A DNA stretch of 64,000 bases from Candidatus Enterenecus stercoripullorum (GTDB taxonomy: Bacteria; Bacillota; Clostridia; Oscillospirales; Oscillospiraceae). The notes beneath the pieces are model-generated. The model did no database searches. It was given only the letters and a program-made list of their open reading frames with translations, and was not told where the DNA came from. The DNA lies in NCBI GenBank assembly GCA_018716015.1, contig DVKM01000036.1:1566-65565 (forward strand). The letters run 5' to 3'. Position 1 is the first letter of the stretch. Every line of letters begins with the position of its first letter. Shown in pieces: positions 46,160 to 54,481 of the stretch. Made by a program: the position numbers and the translations under genes.

Positions 46160-48492
46160 CCAAGCCAAACCATCCCAAGCGCCGCCCTTCCGGACAGACG
46201 GCGCGGAGAACTCCTCTGGTCGTGATGGCCGATGGACTGCTGGTGGTTTTGCTGCTGGGCGCTCTGGCCCGTTTCTGTCTGTCCACCTATCTGCAGCCCT
46301 TCTACCTGTCCCCCGCCGTCTCCTATATGCCCACCGGCGCGCTGATGCCCATTCCCCTGCTGCCCGCCCTGGGGGTGTGCCTGCTGGCGGGGGCCGTGTC
46401 CATGGCGGTGTGGTCTCTGTCCCGGTACCGCTGGCTGGCGGTGCTGGTCCTGCTACTGGTGGGCGGGGGCCTGATTTACCATTATCGCATCCTGTTGGCC
46501 TGGGGGGCTATGGCTCTCTGGGAGACCCTGTCTGTCCTGTTCACGGAAAACACCGGGTTCCCCGGCTATTTTATCCTGGAACCCGCCCTCTCCCCGACGC
46601 TGAAGCAGCCGGCTGTTCAGGCATTCCTGGCCGGATTGGCGGCGCTGTATGCCCTGCCCCTGGGCTGGGCAGTCACCCGGCTGCGCTCGTTCTGGCTCAC
46701 CTTCGCCCTCACCCTGCCCTGGCTGATGCCTGCCTTCCTGGCAGAGGTGGCCATGGACTGGCCCGCCCTGATGGTGGTGTGCGCCTGCTGGGCTGCCATG
46801 CTGCTGTCCGGTCTGTCTGCCCGGGCCAATCCCTCCGGAGGCGCCCGGGTCATCCTGCTGGCCCTGCCCGCCTGTATGGCCGTCATTGCAGGTGTGTATC
46901 TGATCTTCCCCCGGGATGGCTATGTCCAGCCCGTCTGGGCGGTGAACACCCGGGACGAGCTGCTGGCCCTGGACTGGTTCTCCTCCGGGGATGGGCCGGG
47001 GGCAGCAGCTCCCTCCACACCCCCCAGCATGGAAGGGGGCTCCGGGATCTCCGACTCGGAAGGGGAAGTGGATCTGTCCGCCGCCGGCCCCCGGCGGTAT
47101 ACCGGCCAAACCGTACTTCTGGCAGAGAGCTCATACTCCGGCCCCGTCTACTTGAAGGGGTCTGCGTATGCCCTGTATGCCAACAATACCTGGGGGATTC
47201 TGGACGCTGAGGTGCTGGATTCCTTGGGTGGGATCAGTTCCCTGCTCAGCTACTGGGCTTTTGCCCCGTCGGCGGAGACCCGGGAGATGACTATCACCCG
47301 GTCTGCCACAGCCAGCACGCTTCTCTATTTCCCCTATCAGCCTGTGGCTCAGAGCATTTCCACCCAGGATGCCATCACCTACCGGGACTCCACCCTTCTC
47401 GCTTTCCAGCAGCTTCAGCAGTACACCCTGTCCTTCCTCCCTCTGGACGAAGAGCCAGTTCCGCGCAATGATCTGAGTTTTCAAGTTCAGACAAGCCCAC
47501 AATACCGCGCCTTTGTCTATGAGCACTATCTGGACGTGCCCCAGGACACCGCCGACTTCCTGCGCCAGTGGTATCGGGACGCCCAATGGGAGCTGGCGGA
47601 CAGCGGCATTCAGCCCGCCGGGACGGCCACGGGCTACTACGCCGGCGCCCTGAACATCGCCGCCCGGATCGCCCAGCTGCTGGCGCTCAACACACAGTAC
47701 GACCTGAACACCCCGGCCACCCCGGAGGAAGAGGATTTCGTCACCTATTTCCTGGAGACGAGCCGCCGGGGCTACTGCGTCCACTATGCCAGCGCCGCCG
47801 CCCTGCTGCTGCGCCTGGAGGGTATCCCCGCCCGGTATGTCAGCGGCTATGCTGCCACCATTCCCGAATCCGGCGCCGCTCAGATCCTGGACTCCAATGC
47901 CCACGCCTGGGTGGAAATCTACCTGGACGGCTACGGCTGGTATCCGGTGGAAGTCACCCCCAGCGCCCCCGTTGAAGAGAATCCGGAACCGGAGGCAACC
48001 CCCAGCGCCACGCCCGCACCCTCCCCCTCTCCGTCCAGCCGCCCCCAGTCCAGCCAGGCCCCAGGCGCCACCGATGCGCCGGCAGAAGGCCCGGAGGTTC
48101 AGGACACGGGGCTCTCCCTGCAATGGCTGCTGTGGTTGATTCCCGTCCTGGCCGTGCTATCTCTTCCCTTCCTTCTGTACCGGCTCCGGCGGAACAAATG
48201 GGACCGGCTCTGGACGCGCCCGGACCGCAATGCCGCCGTCCTGGCCGCCTATGGCTGGTTTCAGCAGCTGGAGCGGTGGGGCGGCAAGCCCAGCCCCCGC
48301 ACCCTGGAGCTGGTGGGCAAGGCCCGCTTCAGCCAGCACACCCTCACCCCCCAGGAGCGGGACGAGGTGCTGGGCGACCTGCGGGGCGAGGTCGTCCGGG
48401 TGGAAAAGGCTCTGCCCGCCTGGAAGCGGCCGCTGCTGCGCGCCCTGTTCTATCCGGACTGGCCTGGCCCCGGTTCTCCCTCCTCCCCCTGA
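46156..48492 (+). CDS. Polytopic membrane protein with transglutaminase-like domain (TgpA-like)
   Basis: Multiple TM segments; GYCVHYAS, GIPARYVSGY, HAWVE and GW.PVE.TP; C-terminal KARFS.H. Confidence 0.88.
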   Translation: MTKPNHPKRRPSGQTARRTPLVVMADGLLVVLLLGALARFCLSTYLQPFYLSPAVSYMPTGALMPIPLLPALGVCLLAGAVSMAVWSLSRYRWLAVLVLLLVGGGLIYHYRILLAWGAMALWETLSVLFTENTGFPGYFILEPALSPTLKQPAVQAFLAGLAALYALPLGWAVTRLRSFWLTFALTLPWLMPAFLAEVAMDWPALMVVCACWAAMLLSGLSARANPSGGARVILLALPACMAVIAGVYLIFPRDGYVQPVWAVNTRDELLALDWFSSGDGPGAAAPSTPPSMEGGSGISDSEGEVDLSAAGPRRYTGQTVLLAESSYSGPVYLKGSAYALYANNTWGILDAEVLDSLGGISSLLSYWAFAPSAETREMTITRSATASTLLYFPYQPVAQSISTQDAITYRDSTLLAFQQLQQYTLSFLPLDEEPVPRNDLSFQVQTSPQYRAFVYEHYLDVPQDTADFLRQWYRDAQWELADSGIQPAGTATGYYAGALNIAARIAQLLALNTQYDLNTPATPEEEDFVTYFLETSRRGYCVHYASAAALLLRLEGIPARYVSGYAATIPESGAAQILDSNAHAWVEIYLDGYGWYPVEVTPSAPVEENPEPEATPSATPAPSPSPSSRPQSSQAPGATDAPAEGPEVQDTGLSLQWLLWLIPVLAVLSLPFLLYRLRRNKWDRLWTRPDRNAAVLAAYGWFQQLERWGGKPSPRTLELVGKARFSQHTLTPQERDEVLGDLRGEVVRVEKALPAWKRPLLRALFYPDWPGPGSPSSP

Positions 48493-48575
48493 CCGCTTTC
48501 TCCCCCCGCGGCACCCCGCCGCGGGGGGAGAAATTCCCCGCTTGACTTTTTCCCAGATCGTTGCTATCCTGTATG

Positions 48576-48653
48576 GGAATTGGCCACCGGGTCAACGCCT
48601 TGCCCCATTCTGTCAGGTCTTTGAAAGAATGGGAACAGGGCGCATTTCTTTTT
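48576..48653 (+). ncRNA. Guanidine-IV (mepA/GGAM-1-type) riboswitch candidate
   Basis: Promoter TTGACT-N17-TATCCT. P1 hairpin TTGGCCACCGGGTCAA, then terminator stem CGCCTTG..CCCATTCT / AGAATGGG..CAGGGCG with an AGGTCT-containing loop and T-rich tail. Confidence 0.8.
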
Positions 48654-48668
48654 CAGGAGGGATCTTCC

Positions 48669-49163
48669 ATGTTCCGTGAACTGCGCCGCAGCCGCCAGGC
48701 CCTGTCCCCGGAGGAGTGCGGGGATGTGCTGCGCCGGGGCACCTCCGGCGTCCTAGCCCTGTCCGGGGACGACGGCTATCCCTACGCCGTCCCCCTCAGC
48801 TATGTCTACGAGGGCGGCAAGCTCTATTTCCACTGCGCCAAAACCGGTCACAAGCTGGACGCCATCGCCCGCAATCCCAAGGCGTCCTTCTGCATCATCG
48901 ACCAGGACCAGGTGGTCCCGCCGGAGTACACCACCTATTTCCGCAGCGTCATCGCCTTCGGCACCATGCGGATGCTGGAGGACGAGGGGGAAAAGCGCGC
49001 CGCTATCGAGAAGCTGGCGGTCCGGTACACCCCGGAGGATCCCCCGGAGCGCCGGGCGCACTACATCGCCAAAGACTGGACGGCCCTGTGCATGTTGGAG
49101 ATGACTGTCCAGCACCTGTCCGGCAAGCAGGCCATCGAGCTGGTTCCCCGCCGGGGCGGCTGA
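48669..49163 (+). CDS. NimA-like / pyridoxamine 5'-phosphate oxidase family protein
   Basis: MRR..Q.L-like start, GVLAL....YPYAVP, YFHCAK.GHK.D, FRSVI.FG and SGK motifs. Confidence 0.9.
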   Translation: MFRELRRSRQALSPEECGDVLRRGTSGVLALSGDDGYPYAVPLSYVYEGGKLYFHCAKTGHKLDAIARNPKASFCIIDQDQVVPPEYTTYFRSVIAFGTMRMLEDEGEKRAAIEKLAVRYTPEDPPERRAHYIAKDWTALCMLEMTVQHLSGKQAIELVPRRGG

Positions 49164-49396
49164 CCGCCCTTTGCCCCCGTGCCGTCCCGCCGGGTGCCCC
49201 GTTGAAGCGGCAGGGCCGCGCCCTGTACGGCGCGGCCCTGCCGCTTCTCTCTGGCGGGTCAAAGGGCAAATCTCCGCCCCGCATTGCAAAATGATGCGTT
49301 CTCGTGTAAAATAGAGGTAAAGTTTATCGCCCGGCCCGTTTCCCGGCGCGGCACGCCGCGTCACGGAACGGGGCTTGAGAAAGGGAGGCAGACACT

Positions 49397-50092
49397 GTGC
49401 GCATTTTGGTGGTCGAGGATGAAAAGGACTTGAACCTTCTGCTTCAGAAGGTCCTCAAGAAAGCCGGCTACACAGTGGACGGCTGCTTTGACGGAGAGGA
49501 CGCCCAGCTCCACCTTCTGGGGGCGGAGTACGACGGTATTCTCCTGGACGTGATGATGCCCAAAAAGGACGGCTACACCCTGGTTCAGGAGCTGCGGGAC
49601 CAGGGAGTGGACACCCCGGTGCTCTTCCTGACTGCCAGGGACAGCGTCTCCGACCGGGTGAAGGGGCTGGATCTGGGGGCAGACGACTACCTGGTCAAGC
49701 CCTTCGATTTTGACGAGCTGCTGGCCCGCATCCGGGCCATGACCCGCAAGCACGCCGGCCACCGCACCAACCTCTTCACCGCCGGGGATCTGACCCTGGA
49801 CGTGGAGCAGCGCCGGGCCACCAGGGGCGGGGAGGAGATCCCCCTGCTGCCAAAAGAGTTCTCTATCCTGGAATACCTGATGCGCAACAAGGAAAAGGTG
49901 CTGTCCCGGGAACAGATCGAAAATCGCATCTGGAACTATGAGTACTCGGGTAGCTCCAACAATGTGGACGGCTATATGAGCCGGCTGCGCAAGAAGGTCG
50001 ACGGCGGCCGGGATCAAAAGCTCATCCACACCATCAAGGGGATCGGCTGGGTCATCCGGGAGCCCGCGCCGGACAAGGGAGGTTCCCAGTGA
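49397..50092 (+). CDS. OmpR-family response regulator
   Basis: ILVVEDE, LDVMMP, GADDYLVKPF and LR.KVD...LIHT motifs. Confidence 0.93.
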   Translation: MRILVVEDEKDLNLLLQKVLKKAGYTVDGCFDGEDAQLHLLGAEYDGILLDVMMPKKDGYTLVQELRDQGVDTPVLFLTARDSVSDRVKGLDLGADDYLVKPFDFDELLARIRAMTRKHAGHRTNLFTAGDLTLDVEQRRATRGGEEIPLLPKEFSILEYLMRNKEKVLSREQIENRIWNYEYSGSSNNVDGYMSRLRKKVDGGRDQKLIHTIKGIGWVIREPAPDKGGSQ

Positions 50093-51450
50093 AGCGTCTG
50101 AGCATCAAGGTCAAGATCACCATTTGGTATACGCTGCTCATGCTCCTCATGGCCGCCCTGCTGCTGGTCTTTCTGGGGCTGGTCAGCGGCACGGTATCCA
50201 CCCAGACCTCCATGACCCAGCTGGACCAGACCCTGCGGGGCAATCTCCGGCAGGTGGACATGGCGGATGGATCCCTGCAGCTGGGTGAGGACTTCGCCTT
50301 CTACGACAACGGCGTCTACACCCTCGTTTACAGCCAGAGCGAATCCCTCCTGGCTGGCCAGGTGCCGGTGGGCTTTACCGCCAACGAGCCCTTCCAGAAC
50401 GGCCTAACCCGCCCTGTGAGCGTGGGCTCTGCCCGGTACTATGTGCTGGACTTCTGGGTCCCCCTTGGCTGGGACAACGGGGTCTGGGTCCGTGGCATCC
50501 TGGAGGCACCGGAGAATCCCCAGCTGCTCACCAACCTGATGCTCATCGCCCTGATCGTCATGCCGCTGCTCATCGTGTTGGCCGCCCTGGGCGGCTATCT
50601 CATCGCCCGCCGGGCCTTCCTCCCTCTGGATCAGATCACTTCCACCGCGGCGGCCATCAACGAGGCCGCCGACCTGTCCCGGCGGGTAGACATTCCCCCG
50701 GGGCACAACGAGTTTTCCCGCCTGGCCCTCACCTTTAACCATATGTTCGCCCATCTGGAGCGGCTGTTTGACGCCGAGCAGCAGTTCACCGCCGACGCCT
50801 CCCACGAGCTACGCACCCCGGTGTCCGTCATCAAAAGCGCCTGTGAGTATGCCGAAAGGTACGGGGAGACGCCGGAGGAGCAGCGGGAGACCCTGTCCAT
50901 GATCCACCGGCAGGCAGATAAAATGACGGCCCTCATCGGCCAGCTGTTGTCCATCACCCGGCTGGACCAGGGCACTGACATGGCCCATCGGGAGCGGGTG
51001 GACCTGTCCGAACTGGTGCAGAGCATCTGCCGGGAGCAAACCTATTCCCCCCAGCGCCTCCTCCCGGAGGTGGAGCCCGGGATCACCGCCCGGGTGGACA
51101 CCGCCCTGCTCACCCGGCTGCTTCAAAATCTCATCGACAACGGCTTCAAGTACGGCAAGGAGGGCGGCCATGTGTGGGTGTCCCTGCGGCGGGAGGCGGA
51201 TGAGATCCAGCTTACCGTGCGGGATGACGGCATCGGCATCCCCAAGGAGCAGCAGGAGAAAATCTGGCAGCGTTTCTATCAGGTGGACCCCTCCCGCAGC
51301 GGGGATCGTGGCGGGGCAGGGCTTGGCCTGTCCATGGTCCAGAAAATCGCCCAAGCCCACGGCGGCACCATGAGCCTGGAGAGCATTGTCGGTTTGGGCA
51401 GCACCTTTACCCTCCACCTTCCGGCGGACCCCCCGCCTGAAACGATTTGA
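50089..51450 (+). CDS. HAMP-domain sensor histidine kinase
   Basis: ADASHELRTP, NLIDN..KY, DDGIGI and GAGLGLS motifs. Confidence 0.93.
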   Translation: MKRLSIKVKITIWYTLLMLLMAALLLVFLGLVSGTVSTQTSMTQLDQTLRGNLRQVDMADGSLQLGEDFAFYDNGVYTLVYSQSESLLAGQVPVGFTANEPFQNGLTRPVSVGSARYYVLDFWVPLGWDNGVWVRGILEAPENPQLLTNLMLIALIVMPLLIVLAALGGYLIARRAFLPLDQITSTAAAINEAADLSRRVDIPPGHNEFSRLALTFNHMFAHLERLFDAEQQFTADASHELRTPVSVIKSACEYAERYGETPEEQRETLSMIHRQADKMTALIGQLLSITRLDQGTDMAHRERVDLSELVQSICREQTYSPQRLLPEVEPGITARVDTALLTRLLQNLIDNGFKYGKEGGHVWVSLRREADEIQLTVRDDGIGIPKEQQEKIWQRFYQVDPSRSGDRGGAGLGLSMVQKIAQAHGGTMSLESIVGLGSTFTLHLPADPPPETI

Positions 51451-51464
51451 AACTCTGTGCGCCG

Positions 51465-51497
51465 TTTCATGTTACTTTCATGTTTTGCTGATAGGAT
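51465..51497 (+). promoter_or_regulatory. OmpR-type direct-repeat site and -10 upstream of the PepSY gene
   Basis: TTTCATGTT at 51465 and 51476 (11-bp period); TG.TAGGAT at -10. Confidence 0.65.
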
Positions 51498-51530
51498 AAG
51501 GCCAAACAGAAGAAAGGAGTCCACTCTCTT

Positions 51531-52487
51531 ATGAATATAACACGAAAATCTCTCTGCGCCCTGCTGGCAACCGCCGCGCTCACCCTCGCCCTGGCCGGCT
51601 GCGGCCAGCCCAGCAGCCAGGCGGAATATATCGGCCTGGACGCGGCCAAGACCATCGCCCTGGAGGCCGCCGACGTATCGGAATCCGACGCCTCCTTCTC
51701 CACCACCGGCCTGGACCGTCAGAACGGCACCGATTTTTACGCCATTAACTTTACCGCCAACGGCCAGAGCTATGAGTACGACATCGACGCCGTCACCGGC
51801 ATCATCATCAGCGGCCTGGCGGACAGCGGTCAGGCCAGCGCCAGCCCCGAAGTCTCTCCCAGCGCTGACTCCTCCCCCTCCCAGACAACCTCCGGCCAGA
51901 GTGGCACCGCCGAAAATCCCGGCGGCACTGGAAACGCCAACACCGGTAACAGCGGCAGTACTGATACCGGCAACGGCAACAACGGCAGCACCAATACCGG
52001 CAACGGCGGCGGCAGCGGCAACAGCTCCACCAGCACGATGATCACCGAGGCCCGGGCCCGGGAGATTGCCCTGAACCACGCGGGGGTAAGTGCCAGCCAG
52101 GTCACCTTCCTGAAGAGCCGGCTGGACTATGACAACGGCCGCCGGATCTACGATGTGGAGTTCTACAACACCTCCAGCTACACCGAGTACGACTACGAGA
52201 TCGACGCTTACACCGGTGCGGTCCTCTCCTATGACTTTGACGCCGAGGGTTATACTCCTCCCGCCTCCGGCACCACCACCATCACCGCCGACCAGGCCAA
52301 GCAGATCGCCCTGGCCAAAGTGCCCGGCGCCACCCTCAGCAACATCTATGAATTCGAGCTGGACCGGGACGACGGCCGTCTGGAGTACGAGGGGAGCATC
52401 TACTACAACGGCATGGAGTATGAGTTCACCATCGACGGCTATTCCGGCGCCATCCGCAGCTGGGAAGTCGAATCCTACTACGACTGA
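51531..52487 (+). CDS. PepSY-repeat lipoprotein
   Basis: Lipobox LAGC; three I..A..IAL...YEY.IDA.TG.I repeats; N/G/S/T-rich linker. Confidence 0.88.
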   Translation: MNITRKSLCALLATAALTLALAGCGQPSSQAEYIGLDAAKTIALEAADVSESDASFSTTGLDRQNGTDFYAINFTANGQSYEYDIDAVTGIIISGLADSGQASASPEVSPSADSSPSQTTSGQSGTAENPGGTGNANTGNSGSTDTGNGNNGSTNTGNGGGSGNSSTSTMITEARAREIALNHAGVSASQVTFLKSRLDYDNGRRIYDVEFYNTSSYTEYDYEIDAYTGAVLSYDFDAEGYTPPASGTTTITADQAKQIALAKVPGATLSNIYEFELDRDDGRLEYEGSIYYNGMEYEFTIDGYSGAIRSWEVESYYD

Positions 52488-52519
52488 GTTGGCATATTCT
52501 GTTTCTGCCTTGAAATGGC

Positions 52520-52714
52520 CGGCGAGGTGAAGGTTGAGCCCTGGCGGGGTACCCTGCTGGCCATTGGGGCCGCGGTGGGCGGCGTGGTACGCGGCACCCT
52601 GGGCGGGGCATCAGCAAAAGTCTGAGCAACACCGGCCTGAACCGGCTGTTCTTCTGGCTGCTTCTCGTCATCACCGGCATCAGCTGTTATGATCTGGTGC
52701 GGTGCTTCGTGTAG
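52520..52714 (+). pseudogene. Frameshifted 3' remnant of a TauE/SafE-like membrane protein gene
   Basis: GTLLAIGAAVGGVVRGTLG [frameshift] RGISKSLSNTGLNRLFFWLLLVITGISCYDLVRCFV*. Confidence 0.5.
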
Positions 52715-52784
52715 CAGGGCAATTCCAGATAAAAAATATCAGGCAGGCGGCTCCGTTTTGGGATGGAGCCGCCTGCTGTATCAC

Positions 52785-52832
52785 AAAAAGGAGGCCGGTA
52801 TCTGCAAATCAGCGGATACCGGCCTCCTTTTT
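52785..52832. terminator. Bidirectional terminator
   Basis: AAAAAGGAGGCCGGTATC...GATACCGGCCTCCTTTTT. Confidence 0.8.
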
Positions 52833-52850
52833 CTTTCTGGTTGAGCGGGC

Positions 52851-53267
52851 TTACCGTGTGGTATAGAAAAGGGCCATAAAAACTAAGGCCAGCACCAGAT
52901 AAAAGGCCCCTGTGATGGCCAAAAATCCAAAGTGTTTGATGGGTCCCTTTTCCCGCTTGCGCTCCACATAGTCGCCATAGCGCTCGCCCTTGTGGGCGGC
53001 GCCTGGAATCAGCATACGCACCGCGTAGGTCAGTGCATAGGCAATGCCATGGAAAATACCCTCGTTGGACACGAACACCAGCACCGCACTCAGCGCCAAT
53101 ACCACGCCTGGGATGGTGAACGCGTCGCATAGGATCTTATAGCGGTCCGCCACCCCATCGGCCTCCCACAGCCCATGCAGGTCCATCACCGCATAGGCCA
53201 CAAGCGCCCCCACCGCCAGGGTGATGCCATACTTTAATATCGTGTTGCGCAGCTTCTTCCCGTTCAC
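52851..53267 (-). CDS. DUF3899-like small membrane protein at the end of the opp operon
   Basis: Three TM segments; L.DAF..PG...V.NEG.F.GI.Y pattern. Confidence 0.7.
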   Translation of the reverse strand: MNGKKLRNTILKYGITLAVGALVAYAVMDLHGLWEADGVADRYKILCDAFTIPGVVLALSAVLVFVSNEGIFHGIAYALTYAVRMLIPGAAHKGERYGDYVERKREKGPIKHFGFLAITGAFYLVLALVFMALFYTTR

Positions 53268-54481
53268 AGCAGTCCCAGTTCCTTCTTGTACTTAAGCTCC
53301 TCTGCGTCATTGCAATACACAAAGTGTCCCGGGAGGATCTCCCGCATGGACGGCTTATCCACACTGTAATCGTGCTCGGCCAGGGAATTGTAGGTGATCC
53401 GCACCCGCTTTTTCTCCGACCGGGGGTCAGGCAGCGGGATAGCGGACAGCAGCGAGCGGGTATAGGGATGCAGAGGGTGGGCGAACAGCTCATCCGAGGG
53501 GGCCAGCTCCACCATCTTGCCAAAGTACATCACCCCGATGCGGTCGGAGAAATACTTGACCACCGACAGATCGTGGGCAATGAACAGGATGGTCAGCCCC
53601 AACCGGGTGCGCAGCTCATTGAGCAGGTTGATGACCTGGGCCTGGATGGACACATCCAGGGCGGAGATGGGCTCATCGGCAATGAGTAGATCGGGGCGCA
53701 TGATGACCGCCCGGGCGATGCCGATGCGCTGCCGCTGGCCGCCGGAGAACTCGTGGGGATAACGCCCCGCGTGCTCCCGCACCAGACCCACCAGCTCCAG
53801 GATCTCGTACACCTTTTCATCGATGTACTTCTTGTCCCGGATGCCGTTAATCACCAGGCCCTCGGCAATGGTCTCCCGCACCGTCATACGGGGGTCCAGA
53901 GAGGCAATGGGATCCTGAAAAATCATCTGGATCTTGGTGATCAGCTTGGTCTTTTTGGCGATACGAAGCTGCTCCTGATACTCCTTCTTCACCTCGGCCA
54001 GCTTTTGGGGGTCGTTCTTGACCTCCTCCAGCTTGGGAGCGTACTCCTTCTCCAGGTTGGCCACCAAAGTCTGGGCATACTCCTGGTCGGAGTGCTTGTG
54101 GTCAAACCGGGCCTTGCGGATCTCCTCCCGGTTGGCCTCGATGATCTTCTCCAGCTCCGCCTTCCTGGCCGTATCGTTGGGGCCCAGCTTCTTCATTTCC
54201 TTCCGGGCGCTGGCAATCGCGTCCCGGTAGCTGCGGATACCCGCGCAGATACGCTGGCCCTTGAAGTAAATGCTGCCGGAGGTGATGTCGTAGATCTTGA
54301 TGATAGAGCGACCCGTGGTGGTCTTACCGCAGCCCGACTCGCCCACCAGGCCAAACACCTCGCCCCGCTTGATGTCGAAACTGACGTCGTCCACAGCCTT
54401 CAGCTCGGAGTCCCCCATCTTGAAGTACTGGCACAGGTGCTCAACCTTGAGCAATGTCTCCTGATTGTCTTGATTGCTCAT
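53264..54481 (-). CDS. oppF: Oligopeptide ABC ATP-binding subunit with helical insert
   Basis: [35 protein letters not shown] and HPYT motifs. Confidence 0.92.
   Translation of the reverse strand: MSNQDNQETLLKVEHLCQYFKMGDSELKAVDDVSFDIKRGEVFGLVGESGCGKTTTGRSIIKIYDITSGSIYFKGQRICAGIRSYRDAIASARKEMKKLGPNDTARKAELEKIIEANREEIRKARFDHKHSDQEYAQTLVANLEKEYAPKLEEVKNDPQKLAEVKKEYQEQLRIAKKTKLITKIQMIFQDPIASLDPRMTVRETIAEGLVINGIRDKKYIDEKVYEILELVGLVREHAGRYPHEFSGGQRQRIGIARAVIMRPDLLIADEPISALDVSIQAQVINLLNELRTRLGLTILFIAHDLSVVKYFSDRIGVMYFGKMVELAPSDELFAHPLHPYTRSLLSAIPLPDPRSEKKRVRITYNSLAEHDYSVDKPSMREILPGHFVYCNDAEELKYKKELGLL

Noticed and set aside
51900-52035. GGCAAC/AGC-rich repeats in the PepSY gene
   Set aside because: They encode a low-complexity G/N/S/T linker and are not a separate DNA element.
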